A stretch of 64,000 bases of DNA. Source: Antedon mediterranea (lineage: Eukaryota; Animalia; Echinodermata). The translations under genes were made by a program, and so were the position numbers. Below the pieces are notes generated by a model. That model was given only the letters and a program-made list of their open reading frames with translations. It searched no databases and had not been told where the DNA came from. How positions within the stretch are numbered: position 1 is the first letter of the stretch; each line of letters opens with the position of its first letter. This document shows, piece after piece, positions 1 through 14,077 of this stretch. The stretch lies in assembly GCF_964355755.1 (NCBI RefSeq), contig NC_092671.1, positions 12,896,001 through 12,960,000 on the forward strand. Direction: 5' to 3'.

Positions 1-13
1 TGTTTGGAATTAC

Positions 14-3000
14 CTTTGCAGGTGTCTGTTCTTACACAACTAGCAATAAGAGTGTTGTACACTGCTTGTTGTCGTAATGCTGTTAATATGGCAATGGCTT
101 GGCTTGTACAGGTTAGTGGGATAATTGATTGCATAACACCTTTCATTTCTTTACTACATTCATTAATAAAGTAGCAATGCTGTTCACCAGGTAAAGTCTA
201 ACGTAAAAAACAAGAAAAGGTATAGTAATGATATTAAATTAAAAAGAGTCTAAAATACTGGATATACGTGTGGCTGTATTCATCATTTAACCAGGAAAGA
301 TTAAGATTACAGATTGTACTCTTTTTAAGGAATACACACCTGTTAAACATTTCCTATGAAATGAACAATGAATGGCATTTACTATAAAATTCTTTCTAAA
401 GTATGTTATTGTACAGTATGACTATTTTAATAGGACTTACCACATAGTATCTGTTGCGCAATGCCGGTTTGGAACTTGGTAATGATGGATCTAGAGCATA
501 CCGACATATCAGTGAGTTGAGAGGTACAGCTGAGGATAGATCTTTTAAAAAAAAGAAAAAAATAGAACTTAACTAACAAGCCATGTATAATTACCTACAT
601 TAAAGATAGAAATATTGTATATAAATGTCTAGGGAGAAATACTCTCCCCTGGATGGTCGCCCTAGCCCCTTCCCCCCAACACATATGACTCTGCGGGTGA
701 TTCAAATATAATATAAAACAATTGCATACAATAGCAAAAATGAGTATATAATAGTATAGATACTGTCATTTTCAAGTATCAAACAATGTTGTACTTACTT
801 TGGTTGATTGCTAAACGTTTAATTTGTATTATTGATAATGGCATCGGTTTGTTGAGTTTTAACACAAAGCAAGCTGGTATGTTCATACAGTTGCTGCTAT
901 TTAATTGTACAAAGTTGTAATGAGGTCTATTAAAAGAATAAAAATAATGTAGTTAGAAGTATATAAATAGAATTAAAAAAATAAACGGGTTTTTACTGGT
1001 TTTGGTTCAGGGATCAGTTTTCTAAACGCTTAACAAATCTTTAACAAAATAAACACAATCTTATTAATATTGATTGATCGATAGGTGTTTGGTATTTATT
1101 TCAGTTATCTGCAAAGTTTACTTTGCCTATACAATAAACATCATAAGTTTGTATATTACAAACATGATAAAAACAACTATGTATGTATTTTACAGAGAAA
1201 AAATTACTCAGAAGTAATGCTGAATATATCTATTAACCGTAACGTGTAAAGATGAAAAGAAAATGTTGTATAGCAGTACGGTATATCCGGATCTCGTTTT
1301 GTAAATTTATGTTTTAGAAAGGGCATATGAATTTTATCTCTGTTGCATATATTTACACTGTATTTATGTTTAGGGTGACAACATTGCTGCATGCTTCTTT
1401 AATACATCAAACATAAGAATTTATGTTTGAATTTGTTCATTCTCATAGATTTTCATGCCATTTCACATTCTATGTTATGAATCAACATCTGGATAATTAT
1501 CTTTTAAGCTCATAAACCAAACAATAAAATTTTAACAACATTATCAGTTGTTTGTTTAGATATTCAAACAATAATTAGATAAATTTAAAACCGTTATTTG
1601 TAAAGTTTACCCTTTTTTCCCATCTGACGGTGTCACCACATTCAATGTACTACTGCACTGTAATCTCTTCTGCTGTGAACTATCTAAGAGTACGCTTAAC
1701 GACAAGCCCAGGTTTTCTGGTAGAGGATCTAAAATACACATAAACCATATTTCAATATCCACTGTACTAATTAGAAAACCGTCCATTATTGAGTGGTTAT
1801 AAAAAAAATAGGTAGGCATATAAAAAGTCTTGTAAACTTGTTTATAGAATAGCTTTAACTCTCATGGGCCTACAGCTAAACACACTGTAAAGTACTCTTC
1901 CAAGCTTAAACTAGGGTGAAACCTTCCAGGCTTAAACATAGTTTTATTACTATGTTTAATATTAATATCGATGAATCACTAAATATAAATAACTACTAAT
2001 TAATCTATACATTATTCTGTTGCTGCTCGAGACCTGAAATTAAACTTATCTTACCTGACATGCTTAAAAGGGTTGATGTCTTTTTCTCTACATTTAGCAA
2101 ATCGTAGGGCGACACAAAAAAGGTCAATCTCATTGGATAACCTAAATAAAATAAGGTTAACAACATGAAATCTTGATAAATGAATCCCTACTAAATGTCC
2201 CTTTAATAAATGTGTTCCAAAGGAGAGGTTTAACTGTAGATACATTTTACACTTAGTTAAATTGGGTTTAAGAAGGAATAAGATACAGTTAAGTAAGTGC
2301 TCAGACAACTACTGTACTACTCCTCAACAGTTACCCTGGAGAAAATTGCCAAGTATCACCTTTTGAACAATGATAAAAATAAACAGGAGTTTAAAATTTG
2401 GATTTTTCTCACTTAATCTTAAAAAATTAAATATACTTACCACCAACTCTTGGTGACATGAAGCCAACTAAACCTTTCAGTATAAGTACCATAACATTGG
2501 TAGTTGACATGCTTAAATAATTAATAAATAAATGAGTAATAATAAATCATGAATATTTTTAATGCTAAACATTATATGAAACTGAAATAATTGATCTAAT
2601 TTCACAATACTGTAAACAGGGGACACTCTTATTAAGAGGACACTTTTTTGGGTCCCAAAGATGTCCCCTTAATAGGGGTTCTATTTTGATAAAATATTTT
2701 CACTACTGTTCTGTTTAACAACAATTCTAACTTACAGTACATACGTATTATATATTTCAATAATTTTGTTTGTAGTGTATTTTATTACATTTATGTTATA
2801 AAGTCAGTTATACATACCAGCTAAATTTAAATACTTTCTTGAGGTCATCCTCTAATGTTTGAAGACATTTGAATGCATCCCTTTTAACTGAGCTGTGAAA
2901 ACGAATATGTTAAACAGACAGAGAAAATGATAAAATTAATGTGTGGGTAAAGATTAATTTATGCTCGTCTATGTATTATACTGTACAGATGAGAATTATA

Positions 3001-6000
3001 ATAGAAATACCAGTTTACACTATATATGTGTCTACTAAACTCTGGTACAATTCAGGCTGTATGGTATATAGATTACAAGTGTAAAATGTTTGTAAAATAT
3101 TCATATACTGTACACCTTATGTGTCAGTTCTTGGTCAATTTTACTGAATTTAATATGCTGTTGTGTTGAAGCAACAACATTCTTATTATTTTAATTACTT
3201 TATTATAAAAATAAATATTAAAAACGGCAGTCAATAAATTAAATAAATTGTATATACTGTATAGTAATTTAAAATAAATTAAATATTTATTTTTTAAATA
3301 TTAAAATTTAATTAAAAAAATAATTTTAAATTAATCACCATTATAATTAATTCACTTACAAATTTTAGAATATATTATATAGTTATTTTTTTTTATATTC
3401 AAATTCAATTAAAAACATTTAGGTTACACTACAATTAATTGTTCCTGGCCAGACTTCTGATATTGTATTGTTTTATAAAGACAAATAAAATATATGTCTG
3501 TACCTGAGCTTTAAACCATCCTTTAGTAATGTTTCTCTTAAAATGAATTTTTATAATTATTTAGAAGGTTTGATCAAGAAAAAAAACCAAAATAAACTTG
3601 ACAGCATTTATATATTCTATGATGTAATATAAAATTATCAAATCTAATATTAAAATCAATTAAATCATATTTTACAAGGGAAACAAAGTTCAAGTATCAT
3701 TTATGATTACTATTTTAATTAAGTATAACATTTTATGGAAGATTCTAGTGAAATGAGAAGTTTCATAATCTAAATTATTTTTAGCTCCTTGTTAATTTAT
3801 TTTTCAGCTGATGGGATGTTTACAGCATGAAGAATAATATAATAGTGAATGTTATATGAATTATATCTTTAAAATAAAATCCCCTCATATTTTCTAGCTT
3901 AAAAATGGCTTATGTTACAAGCTAAAATGGAATTCCTAGTTAACAATTTCTATTGTTAATATACACATTTGAAACCACATTTGTAATGCTACTATGTCAG
4001 TCTTAAAAAATAATTTTACAAAAGAAAAATATAAAAACTTACACATCACATGCCAAATGATAAAAACTGTTTAAGCCTCTAAGATGCTCTAGAAACTTCT
4101 TAAAATTGCTTTTTTTTAAACAGTCACACATCTCAGGACAGCTCTTAAAAACAAAAACGAAATAGCTATTGATTCATCAAAAAACCCATTATACATAAAA
4201 TGTCAAAAAAAATAAAATAAAAACGATACATTAGGTTAAGTCCAACACATCAGTTTATAATGTTAAGCCCATATACAGTATTGAATCTGCCATTGCTAAC
4301 ATGCTGTATGACAGAAATGTCTTATTAGGTAAAAATGTGGCTTTGTGGCCTACAAGTATGGTATTAACTGTCTAAGTCCTACGGTCTTGGATTAAATGAC
4401 AGCCTATGACAACCTATGTTTATCCTTTGAAGTACATACAATGGATTCGTCTTGGTCGCATATTTTAACATCCTCAACAGCGCCATTTGCCTCCAACATC
4501 ACCTCAACATAGAATATATCTGCGCTGAAGAATACTTCCCGTGAATTTTGACTTGTATGAAACTTTAGTCTAAGTTAATAAAATTATAAATTAGAAAAAG
4601 TTAAAAAATATCATGTGTTTATTTTGTATTTAAAACTTATTACGGTATAGTATAGTAGTGACTTTTCACTTAAATGTTGACTTACACAGGTAAAATAATG
4701 AAGTCAGGGTTTGTACCGGAAGCCCCTCAGGAAGCTAGAACCACCCAGGAAATAATAAAGGGAAGAGATCCACCCATTTAATACAATTGGAGTAGAACAG
4801 TTTACCAGACTTTTTTATCAGATTAAGAAATTGTGGTTACAAAATTTACATTCGATTGAATGTAGAATTTTCCAGTTGGGAATTCTATTCCTAAAAATAA
4901 TAAACTACTATTAAAAAACAAATCTTTCCGGAAATTGAAGTGAAACGGATTTGGGAGGTGGTTGTGGAAGTTAGCCACCCGGAAATGTTTTGCATTTAGA
5001 TCAGGAAATTGTTGATAATACTCATAACATTTACATTTAGCTTTCCAGATGTGTATTCTATACTCTATAGCTATGTTTCCGAATTCATTTCTCAATCAGA
5101 GTTATTGCAGAGTTACATCAGGGTGTAGATTGTTCTGCGTTAAAACGTTTGATATATAGTACTACAAATAAGAAGTGCTTGTCTATAATTATCTTAACCA
5201 ATCAGGTTTAAATTACAACGGATATACCTTTAAAACCTATCAGTTATATCGAAGGTACATCATAGTTGTATCACAATAAACAAATGACAAAAGAAAACAG
5301 ATCCCACAAGCTCTTTACTGCAGATGTAACCCGCATAAGATTTGGATTAGCTTAAAAGTGTGCATAGAACTGAACTAACTCCAGTGTTTGTAAACTGTCT
5401 CAATATCAATTTGTTTCTTCAGGTTATACTTTTTATCTACCATACAATATTTACATTATCAATGGCAATGGGCTGATTAGCATACAATACAATTTTGTAT
5501 GTTGCAAGACATCTAAAATTACATTAATCTCACTTTCATTTCAAAATAATACTTTTGACCAAAATGAATTATGATATTTCAAAATTGAAATAAAATGTAT
5601 TCGACCATAAACATTTTGATGTTGTTAACTAAAGAAAATAACATTTTTCTTTTTAATTTAACTACGTCTACTATTACTTATTATATATATAATAAATTTT
5701 ATAATTTTGTATTTAATAAATAATATAAGAAACTAGTACTTTAATACTTAGGAATTATTATTCAGTATCTGATCTTTGGTGACTCAAGACAGACAACAAA
5801 ATCTGACTAATAGAAATATGTTTTAATACAAAATTGCAACATTATGCTTACCCAGCCTGCTTTGCGTGCGTTTTCAATCGTTCAACCATGGCAGGCAAGG
5901 ACATTGAACCTTTTGGCAAAAGGAAATCAAACAATTATGTAAAGAGTATTCAGACTGCACATAGAAAAACTATGAACTTTATTCATAAAGCTATATTTGT

Positions 6001-9000
6001 TGAATTATATATTCATAATATTAACAAAACAATATACATTTATCTAAGGCCGTGTTTCTGCAGCCAAAACAAAATTATCAGTTACTTTTTTAATCAATAA
6101 AGTGTGCATGATCAGTTATTACCAAACAACCTGATGCCCCATCAACAATTTTTCCTCCAGGTCAAAGGTTAAACATTATCGCATTTATCCAATAATTATG
6201 AATGAGATAATTATCAGTTAATTTGTCTCAAGTGGAATCGGTTAAACCCGGTTTCCACAGGCAGTTTATCGGGTAACGTTAATCGGTTAATTATTGGTTA
6301 ATTTTTGGCTGCGGAAACATGGCCTTATATTTTATAAGCACTGCAGTACAATAGTTACAGTGCAGATTGGCCAACATTTCATTTACAGTGCAGATCGGTT
6401 GACGTTTCATTTCGGCCACCGTATACCCAATAAACATCTAGGCAATATCAAGTAAAACGACAATGGGAGTAAAGATAAACCTATGAATTTAGGCATTCAT
6501 AACTGAAGGCCAAAATGATATCAGAAAATTGAATAAAAACTTAAAGTTATATACCATTAATGGCTTGCTTGAGTTGGTCTAGGCAATGCTGCAAGCGCTC
6601 TGCGTCCACAGATGAAGGTTCTTGACACTTGGCCTGAAAAAAAGTACATTTTTTTTTATGCCGTACTGTACTTTTATGAACATTCTAAATCACATACACA
6701 ATATACATACACATTTTATGTGAATATCCTAAAAGATACATAGTAAATAGTAACATAGCATCCTACATTTAAAAAATAGTGAAACTACTGTAAGTTAGGG
6801 ATGCATGCGTAGAGTAGCCAAAGCAATATCTTATTTGGGCAAAACACTATGAAAACGTAGATTAATATTGAAATAAAGAGTTGCTGATAAACATTTGTTT
6901 GAGAACACATAATTATGACCACCATGTACAAAACCAAAATGTTTAAAACCAAGATAACTAGTATTTACCATAACTGTACGCAACTTTCGGCTTGTATTTG
7001 ACCATTCTTTAATCTGTTGACTTGTGGTGCGCAGTTTTGCCATTAATGAGGAGAGTACTTCTTCTTGGTTGCCATTGAGAACTATAAAATAGATTGAATA
7101 ATATTAACAATGGACTGTAATATAGAACAGGTAATGATAGGTAATGATAGGTAATGTATACAGTCAATCTTTTAGGAAAATATATAACCAGTCAGAGATA
7201 GGCACAATATGAGTGAGTGAGTGGCCGAGCGGTTAAGACAGTGGAACCGTAATCACGTAGCCATAACATCGGCAGGGGTTCGAGGCTCACTCACTCCATG
7301 GTTCTGGTGGTAGAACGAGTCTTCTCGGATAAGGACTATAAACCATAGGTCTAGTGTACACAACTTGCTTGTGTGCACTTTAAAGAACCTAGTACATCTT
7401 TCGAAACGAGTAGGGGGTTACCCCGGTGTATTAGTACATCACAGCCACTGATCACCAACTGGGCCCTCTGGGAGATCAGTCTTTGACTGAAGAGGTCACC
7501 CAGTATAAAGATAAAACAAACAATAAATGTCTTGTATTTGTAGTCTACTATGTTAAACATAAATTAACTGGTAATCAGTAATATACTAAGAATAATTAGG
7601 CTTTAAGTAAGTTTGAGTTGATCATTTCTATTCTCAATTTTGTATGATTTGTAGAAAAGAAAAACAAGATGTAGCCAAATTTGTATTATAGAATACTACA
7701 CTAAATGTACAGTGTAGAAAGATACATAAATAAATTTATAATACATATCTTTATAATACATTATGTACCTCGCTGGAAAGATTCTTATTTTTGCTACTGT
7801 ACTAATAGTTTGAAAGGCATATACACTGAATAAATTGCATAAAAGATATCTATATGTACACACCATACATGTTTAACAATGGATTTTTTCATTACGTACA
7901 TACTGCATCAACATAATATCATTTTGTAAGCATTGGAGAATTAATAAAATGATAAAAGATGCATGAGAAATACAGTTCAGTGGCAGATACACATTACGTT
8001 GTAATAAATGTTAATTATGCCAAAAGGCAAATTTCTTTCATACATCATTTTCCCTATGCTATTCCTCATACTAAACGTACTGTATTTGTTTTTTATATAA
8101 CAATATACATCAATTCATGAAAGGGATTTTAATACATGAAATTTAAAACAAGAATTTTATAGACATTAATTATATATACAAAAGACTAATATAAACAAAT
8201 ATAAAAATAATTAATGAATTTCTTTCTCTCAAAATGCAATAACTTGTTATCATCTCGAATATTCAATAGTATAGTTACTCGAAAAAGAACAAACAAAGTG
8301 AATTATTTAAAGATAAATTTATGTTCACTTCAAATAATGTTGCTGGGAAACATAGTCAACAGTATGCATAATGTGCTGTGCATACAATTAAACTCATTCA
8401 GTAAAAACTATCAACATTGTTCTCACTCCACATGGCTGCTTTTAGTATGTATTTTTCTGACCAGTTGGTCTGTAGGCCTACAGCATGTCGTTTATATATA
8501 TTTTGTCATTTTGAGTATTTTGGAGGAAATAAGTATTATTATTATTACAATGTGGGTTATGTTCTCCCTTCGGAAATGAAGGCATGATATAGACAATTAC
8601 ATTTTTTCTTATCTTATTCACCAAGGAATTGAAAAATTACTAAGCAATTAGCATTATTATAGTTTATTACAAAATTATCACAATCAGAAGGCAAAAGTGT
8701 TTGAAGATGGGTAAAAATAAAGAATATTTATATTAAAATCATAATAGACAATGTCATGCTTCATATCCTATGGGATATATGGGTCATTTACATTGGAGTT
8801 CCACATTTAGTCAAAGTCTAGACAACCTTAAATGATAACATAGGGTGATCTACTGCAAGTATCATAAAGGTCAGAAAGAATATGCATGGCCTAGTTATTT
8901 GGTTATAACCTCCATCAATTTCAGCTGAGTACAATACTCTACAACATTATAATATATTCAGTTCAGTTCAACATTAAATATACAAGCAACATACATTAGG

Positions 9001-12000
9001 GATCCTCGTTCTTCATACTGTTAACTAGATGACTGGTCAAGGAATCCTTAAAACGGTATATTATCCCCCACTTGAAGGCGTTTGGATGTTGGATTACTGA
9101 TTGTGAAATCGTGGTTCGAATCCAACTCTCGCCGCATTGCTTGTATCCTCAGGCAAGACACTTTATTCAGGTGTATAAAATGGGTACCGGTTAGATCAAG
9201 TCACACCTTTGCGCAGCTTACTATTTCTGCATTATGGGAGTATGTTTCCATACGTATTTGATCCAAAAAATGACCGGGGTAATAATGTGCAGCGCATTGA
9301 GAGCTTGCTTATCGTGCTATTGAATGAATTATTATTATCATTTGAGATAATTCTTATAACGGGAACACTTGAAACAAATGAGTGGCCATTTATGTTTGTA
9401 ACTACGGCCAACCCTTATTTAGAGGACACACTATAGCTATTAAGGGGAGACAATTTAATGTGGACGTTCTAGTTTTTTTTTTTTACATATACATATACAG
9501 TATGTTGTTAAAGTGTCTAAAGTAAATGTTCGCATATAAGAATTGCTATAAAACACATCTCGTTGATACGCTCACTCAACACGTTGAAATGCAGGCATAT
9601 ATTGCATGACTGTGCAAGGCTTCAACCTGCCATTCTGATTAGATTACGGTAGTCAATTTGATGCAGTCAAAATTCAGATTCATAGAAAAGGGTGCATCAG
9701 GCCCCAGTCTTCATCCCCCTCCCCTTCTTCAAAGTGTGATTGTGTTCGATTTGACTATCCAGTTGTTATAATCATATTGCCCAATATATATTTTTAAATA
9801 GCAATTTATATAGCGCAATATCTGCAAGCATACAGTACCCTATAATTTCAGGGTATGCCTAGACTAGAACTGATTCAACCAGTATTCAGTATAGAAGTAT
9901 ATATTGTTAGATAGGTCAAGGTTAAAGGAGTTGAAAGGCAGATGTTATGCGCGATTTGAACGATTTGCGCAATTTGAAATTGCGCAAAAAAAATCCTTGC
10001 GCAATTTGAATTGAAACATGTGTTTCAAATTGCGCAAGCAACGTATTAAATTGCGCAAGTAATCTGCAAATTGCGCAAGGTTTTTCGACAGATTGTGAAA
10101 TCATGCACACCCATATTTTTATAGTAATTTCTAAGAATGATTCAAAATTAAACATAAATATCGCATTTCCTTATTTTAGTAGTGCAAATATTGTTATAAG
10201 TTAGCATACCGTCGAAGAACCGACGAAGGAAAACGAAGCGGTGGTGTTCCACCAGGCGGGCGCGGCGCGGGCGGCCGGCTATACTACTCTAGCCTAGCTA
10301 GGGTCTGGACTACTGATACTGACTAGGTTACATGGCCTAGCTTAAACTAATATTAAAAACTTAAAAAGTGAGTATTAAACATTATCTTCATTGAAATGGT
10401 CTTATTTATATAATAAAATACTAAATTTTAAACTCCTCTGCCTAGGCCTAGCCTAGCCATGTATGGGAAAATTTACAGTTCGTTTTCAAATTGCGCAAAG
10501 GTGTCATATTGCGCAAGAACTATCTTGCGCAATTTACAAATTGTGCAGCGCAATTTAAAATTGCGCAAAGATTTTCTTGCGCAATTTGAAATTGCGCAAG
10601 TTGATTGCGCAATTTCAAATTGCGCAAAAAAATCCTTGCGCAATTTTAAATTGCGCAAGAATTCTTTGCGCAATTTCAAATTGCGCAAGGATTTTTTTGC
10701 GCAATTTCAAATTGCGCAAATCGTTCAAATCGCGCATAACACAGCCAAATAGTGACAGGAAATAAATATAACATTATGAATAAACTGTCTTTAAAAGATA
10801 TCTATTTTTTGCAATACAGTTCAAATTTATAATGTTTTATAGTATACCTGTAGTAGGTTTACAGTAATATAGTGTTTCTTCTATTCTAATTCTAGTCTGA
10901 CATTAGGATAAATTACTCTATAAAAAAACAGTTATTTTGTTGTTCTTGATGAGGATAGCCATTATTTTATAACAAGTTTCAGATTCTTATTAATTTTTTA
11001 AAATATGGTTTCTATAGCAACTTTTTAACAACATACAGTAGTACAATTGATACTTAATTTGTAAATAGCAAAAACTATAAAAATTCAATTAACAACCTCT
11101 TTTTATGTACAATGTCTTTCTTGCTTATCACCAAAATAAATTTGCTATACTGTAATAGAAAATAGAGTTCTTGTATTTTTGCTAAACATCCCACATTATT
11201 AAACATTGGTTATCTAAATGACCACGTGCACAATTGTAGTGAGAAGGTTTTAAACTATGTCACTAATTCACACCAATCAAAACGCTGGTGTGTGCAAACT
11301 CAGGAGTTTTAGGTGATGTGAAAACAAGTTATTAGTTTAATACTTTATAAAGTCTACCTGTACCTACAGTACTGTAGTCCTACTACTTTACACAAACAAG
11401 AATCACAAAAAAAAAAATATTGTTTGAGTGAAACTCCATGAAGTGACACAGTCATCGAGCATCAATAATAGAGAGGTGCTGATCGAAAAATGTCATAAAA
11501 GATATTTTATGGTCTTTAACAGTTCTTGGAAATCATTCTTTTAAATAACAACTAGATAATACAATAGTCAATACATGAATAAAATAATATAATTTCCTTT
11601 AACTTGGTTGAAGGACACAAGTTCACAATTAGGGCACAGTACCAAGGAATTTAGGTTGGGGTGCTCAGATGACATCAGAGGTGGTGATGTCACCTCCAGC
11701 AGTCTTTTTAAAAAAGTAGGCGTCAAATATATATCCACGGATCCTGTAGTAAATCCCTTAATGTGTGGATACACTTGCACTAAAGTCAAAAGAACTATCA
11801 TAAAACATTATGTTAATTTCAGAACTTGGGTTAATTGAATATTTTCAAATTCCTGGATCAATGAAAAAAACCAAACATTTAAATAAATTGGAATATATAA
11901 TGATATGTTTTCTGGATGGACTCATTCAGTAAAGTATAAGGTATTTGCAGTAAATTGTAATGAATATGGACTGTAAATTTTGTTAGTATTCATCATTTAT

Positions 12001-13038
12001 TACATACAAGTTTTGAAGGGCAAGGTTATGAGAAGGAATGTCAATGGAATTCTAAAGATTCAGTTCACTAATCTCCACTCAAAGGATTATACATAATTTA
12101 CTAGATAAACAAAACACATAATAATACAATTTTTTTACTTTTCGATCTACTGTACTAATTATAGAAAAAATACTTTAAATAACCATTAATATACCCCCCA
12201 GTGAAAATTACAGTTAATAATCAATAGAAGTAATAATAATGGGGTAATGATATTGATAATCAATTACAGTCATCACCAATTTTGTGGGATCACAAGGCAG
12301 AATCAGATTTACATTTTTCGCCTAAACAGTGATATAGAAAAAAGAAAAGTACATTCATTTTTACCAGCAAAATCTTTCATTCATGCTCTGATCTGAATAT
12401 GGAGATAAGAAGTAATCTTCAATGATCGATATATAATATAAACTGTATGTACATGATCATTCAATATTTAATGAGAGGGGGTCCCAATCGTCTTGTCTGC
12501 AGTACAGGTGAGAAATGGTTGTACTGACTAAATTTCACCTTGGGAAATAATAAATTGGCCTACTTACTACCATGCTACTACTAGTGGGAATCTCTACTAG
12601 TTACTAGGCCTACAAACTACAGGATTTCACCTCTCTGTGTAATTATATTATTCCAAAGGCGGCGGCATAAAAACATTAATGGTAATAATCATATTAAATA
12701 ATGTGCGTGCATAAGAAATTAATTAAATTCCACAATGCACCCACACATTTTTTCAAACTTCACACATTAGAGGCTAACCAAGTGTCTTCTGTGTTGAACA
12801 CTCTGTCAGTGTCAAGTCACTGAGTTTGTTGTTGTACGTAGCCTACAACCAAAACAAACCATAACACTACAGCAGCCTAACTTTCCTGGTTGTAGACCCT
12901 GCAAAACTATAATTAATTGTTTCTAAATTCTATTTTTCAATGCTGATTTACTAAAGAACGATTTAGATTACCGTGAGGAGGTTTTTCCCCGCCATTTACG
13001 GAACTGGAAAATGATAAATTCTGCATTCCGTCAGCCAT
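14..13038 (-). CDS. MED1: Mediator subunit 1 paralogue (MED1-like copy B), exons 1-13; gene continues beyond the left window edge
   Basis: GT-AG exons read on the minus strand: 13038-12972 (MADGMQNLSFSSSVNGGEKPPH), 7081-6969, 6633-6555, 5909-5852, 4569-4440, 4143-4043, 2892-2818, 2511-2441, 2141-2055, 1728-1611, 926-799, 541-441, 197-14. They splice into one open frame of about 437 codons with Med1 N-domain motifs (SLPAMVERL, DIFYVEVML, FFVSPYDLL, LPGEQHCYF, LRQQAVYNTLIASC). Exon phases match copy A. Confidence 0.9.
6048..6324. mobile_element. PIF/Harbinger-type MITE (about 277 bp) in MED1-B intron 3
   Basis: Imperfect TIRs ggccgtgtttctgcagccaaaa / ttttggctgcggaaacatggcc, flanked by TAA and TTA (TWA-type target). 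The TIR resembles that of the element at 14078. Confidence 0.75.
7211..7527 (+). mobile_element. tRNA-derived SINE with Deu/Nin-like central domain
   Basis: Pol III A box (tggccgagcggttaa) and B box (gggttcgaggc). The core cttctcggataaggactataaacc...taaagaacctagtacatctttcgaaacgagtagggggttaccccggtg resembles the Deu-domain of DeuSINEs as I recall it. A-rich tail. A second copy lies at 50620-50852. Confidence 0.8.
9072..9340 (+). mobile_element. degenerate tRNA-derived SINE with CORE-like segment and L2-like tail
   Basis: B box gtggttcgaatcc, core gtatcctcaggcaagacacttt...caggtgtataaaatgggtaccgg, and tail tgtgcagcgcattgagagc...gtgctat followed by (att)n. Confidence 0.6.
9937..10746. mobile_element. 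foldback/MITE-like element built from TTGCGCAA palindromic modules
   Basis: Long inverted termini tgttatgcgcgatttgaacgatttgcgcaatttgaaattgcgcaaaaaaaatccttgcgcaatt (from 9943) and their reverse complement ending at 10741. About 20 TTGCGCAA copies, a GC-rich centre at 10250-10280, and a possible AAA TSD outside GGC/GCC ends. Confidence 0.8.
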
Positions 13039-14077
13039 GGTTTCCCTGTTCTGTGTAACATTTGCAAGAAGGAACTATAAATTATAATTGTCTACGCTTG
13101 AGTGAACACAACATAATACAAAGGCTGTGTGCAATGAACTGACACTTTCCAATGTTATGGTAAATCAGATACAATAATAGTACTGTACACTGATTATGAT
13201 GAAAAACCACAATATACAGTAATTGTGGGTGGGTGGGTGCATGTGTCAGGGAAGTAGGTGTATGGAAGGCTTAAAAATTGAATATTATACAAATAATCGA
13301 TCTATGGATTTGCATTTGAAATGATTTAAAGATGATAAGAAAAATCCAAATGCATATAACTGGAAAACGACAATGCTGTGTCAGTTCAGTGACTGGATCT
13401 CAATCGAGATACAAAATAATGTAAGCAAAAAGCTAAAAAGTGATAAAGTAAAACAGCCAGAAAAAAAACCCCGAAAATCTTGGCGGTGCCCATGCTAAAC
13501 TCATTCTCAAATGAGTCGTCTTTATCTAATGATTGAATAAATGATAACATATGGAATAATACAATTTTAGTTTTAATTCACCATTTAATATATTTTTTCA
13601 TTTAAATATACATATAGTTCTGAGGACTACGCTAAATACTTTTATTATATCTAAAAACATAATATATACAGTAAAAAGTGGCTTAAATCAGAGAGCAGCT
13701 TTAGTCTGTGTGTTTAAAAATCCAATTATTGTACTTATATTCAAACAGTGGGTTAAATGTAAAGGTACTTATATAATATCCGAAGATAAGTGGGCTTCTT
13801 TCATTATGCAACCATTAGTTCTATGGAGTGATGGCATGCACAAATGTCAACATAAAATCAGTATCCCCACATTACTGTAGTTTCTCACTAATTAGTTACT
13901 CTATTACTTTACAATTCAGTATAAATTCATTTTTTTTTTACACTCAGCACCCATTTTGAACACCTGTTTGAACATCTGTAAGCAATCTTGTTTCGGTGAA
14001 GTAATTGTCAGATCTGTGACTAGTTGCAGATACAGTAACAAGTACTGTGAGCAACTACAGTAGTTCTGTGATTCTAA

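Noticed and set aside
9922-10765. Repetitive ORFs (LRNFKLRK, AQFEIAQ)
   Set aside because: They are translations of the TTGCGCAA modules of the foldback element.
11568-11838. MSSEHPNLNSL segment as MED1-B exon 1
   Set aside because: There is no phase-1 donor. 13038-12972 has the right phase and matches copy A exon 1 better.
14-13038. MED1 copy B as an uncollapsed haplotype or processed pseudogene
   Set aside because: Protein divergence is far above allelic levels, introns are present and do not align with copy A, and the reading frame is intact.
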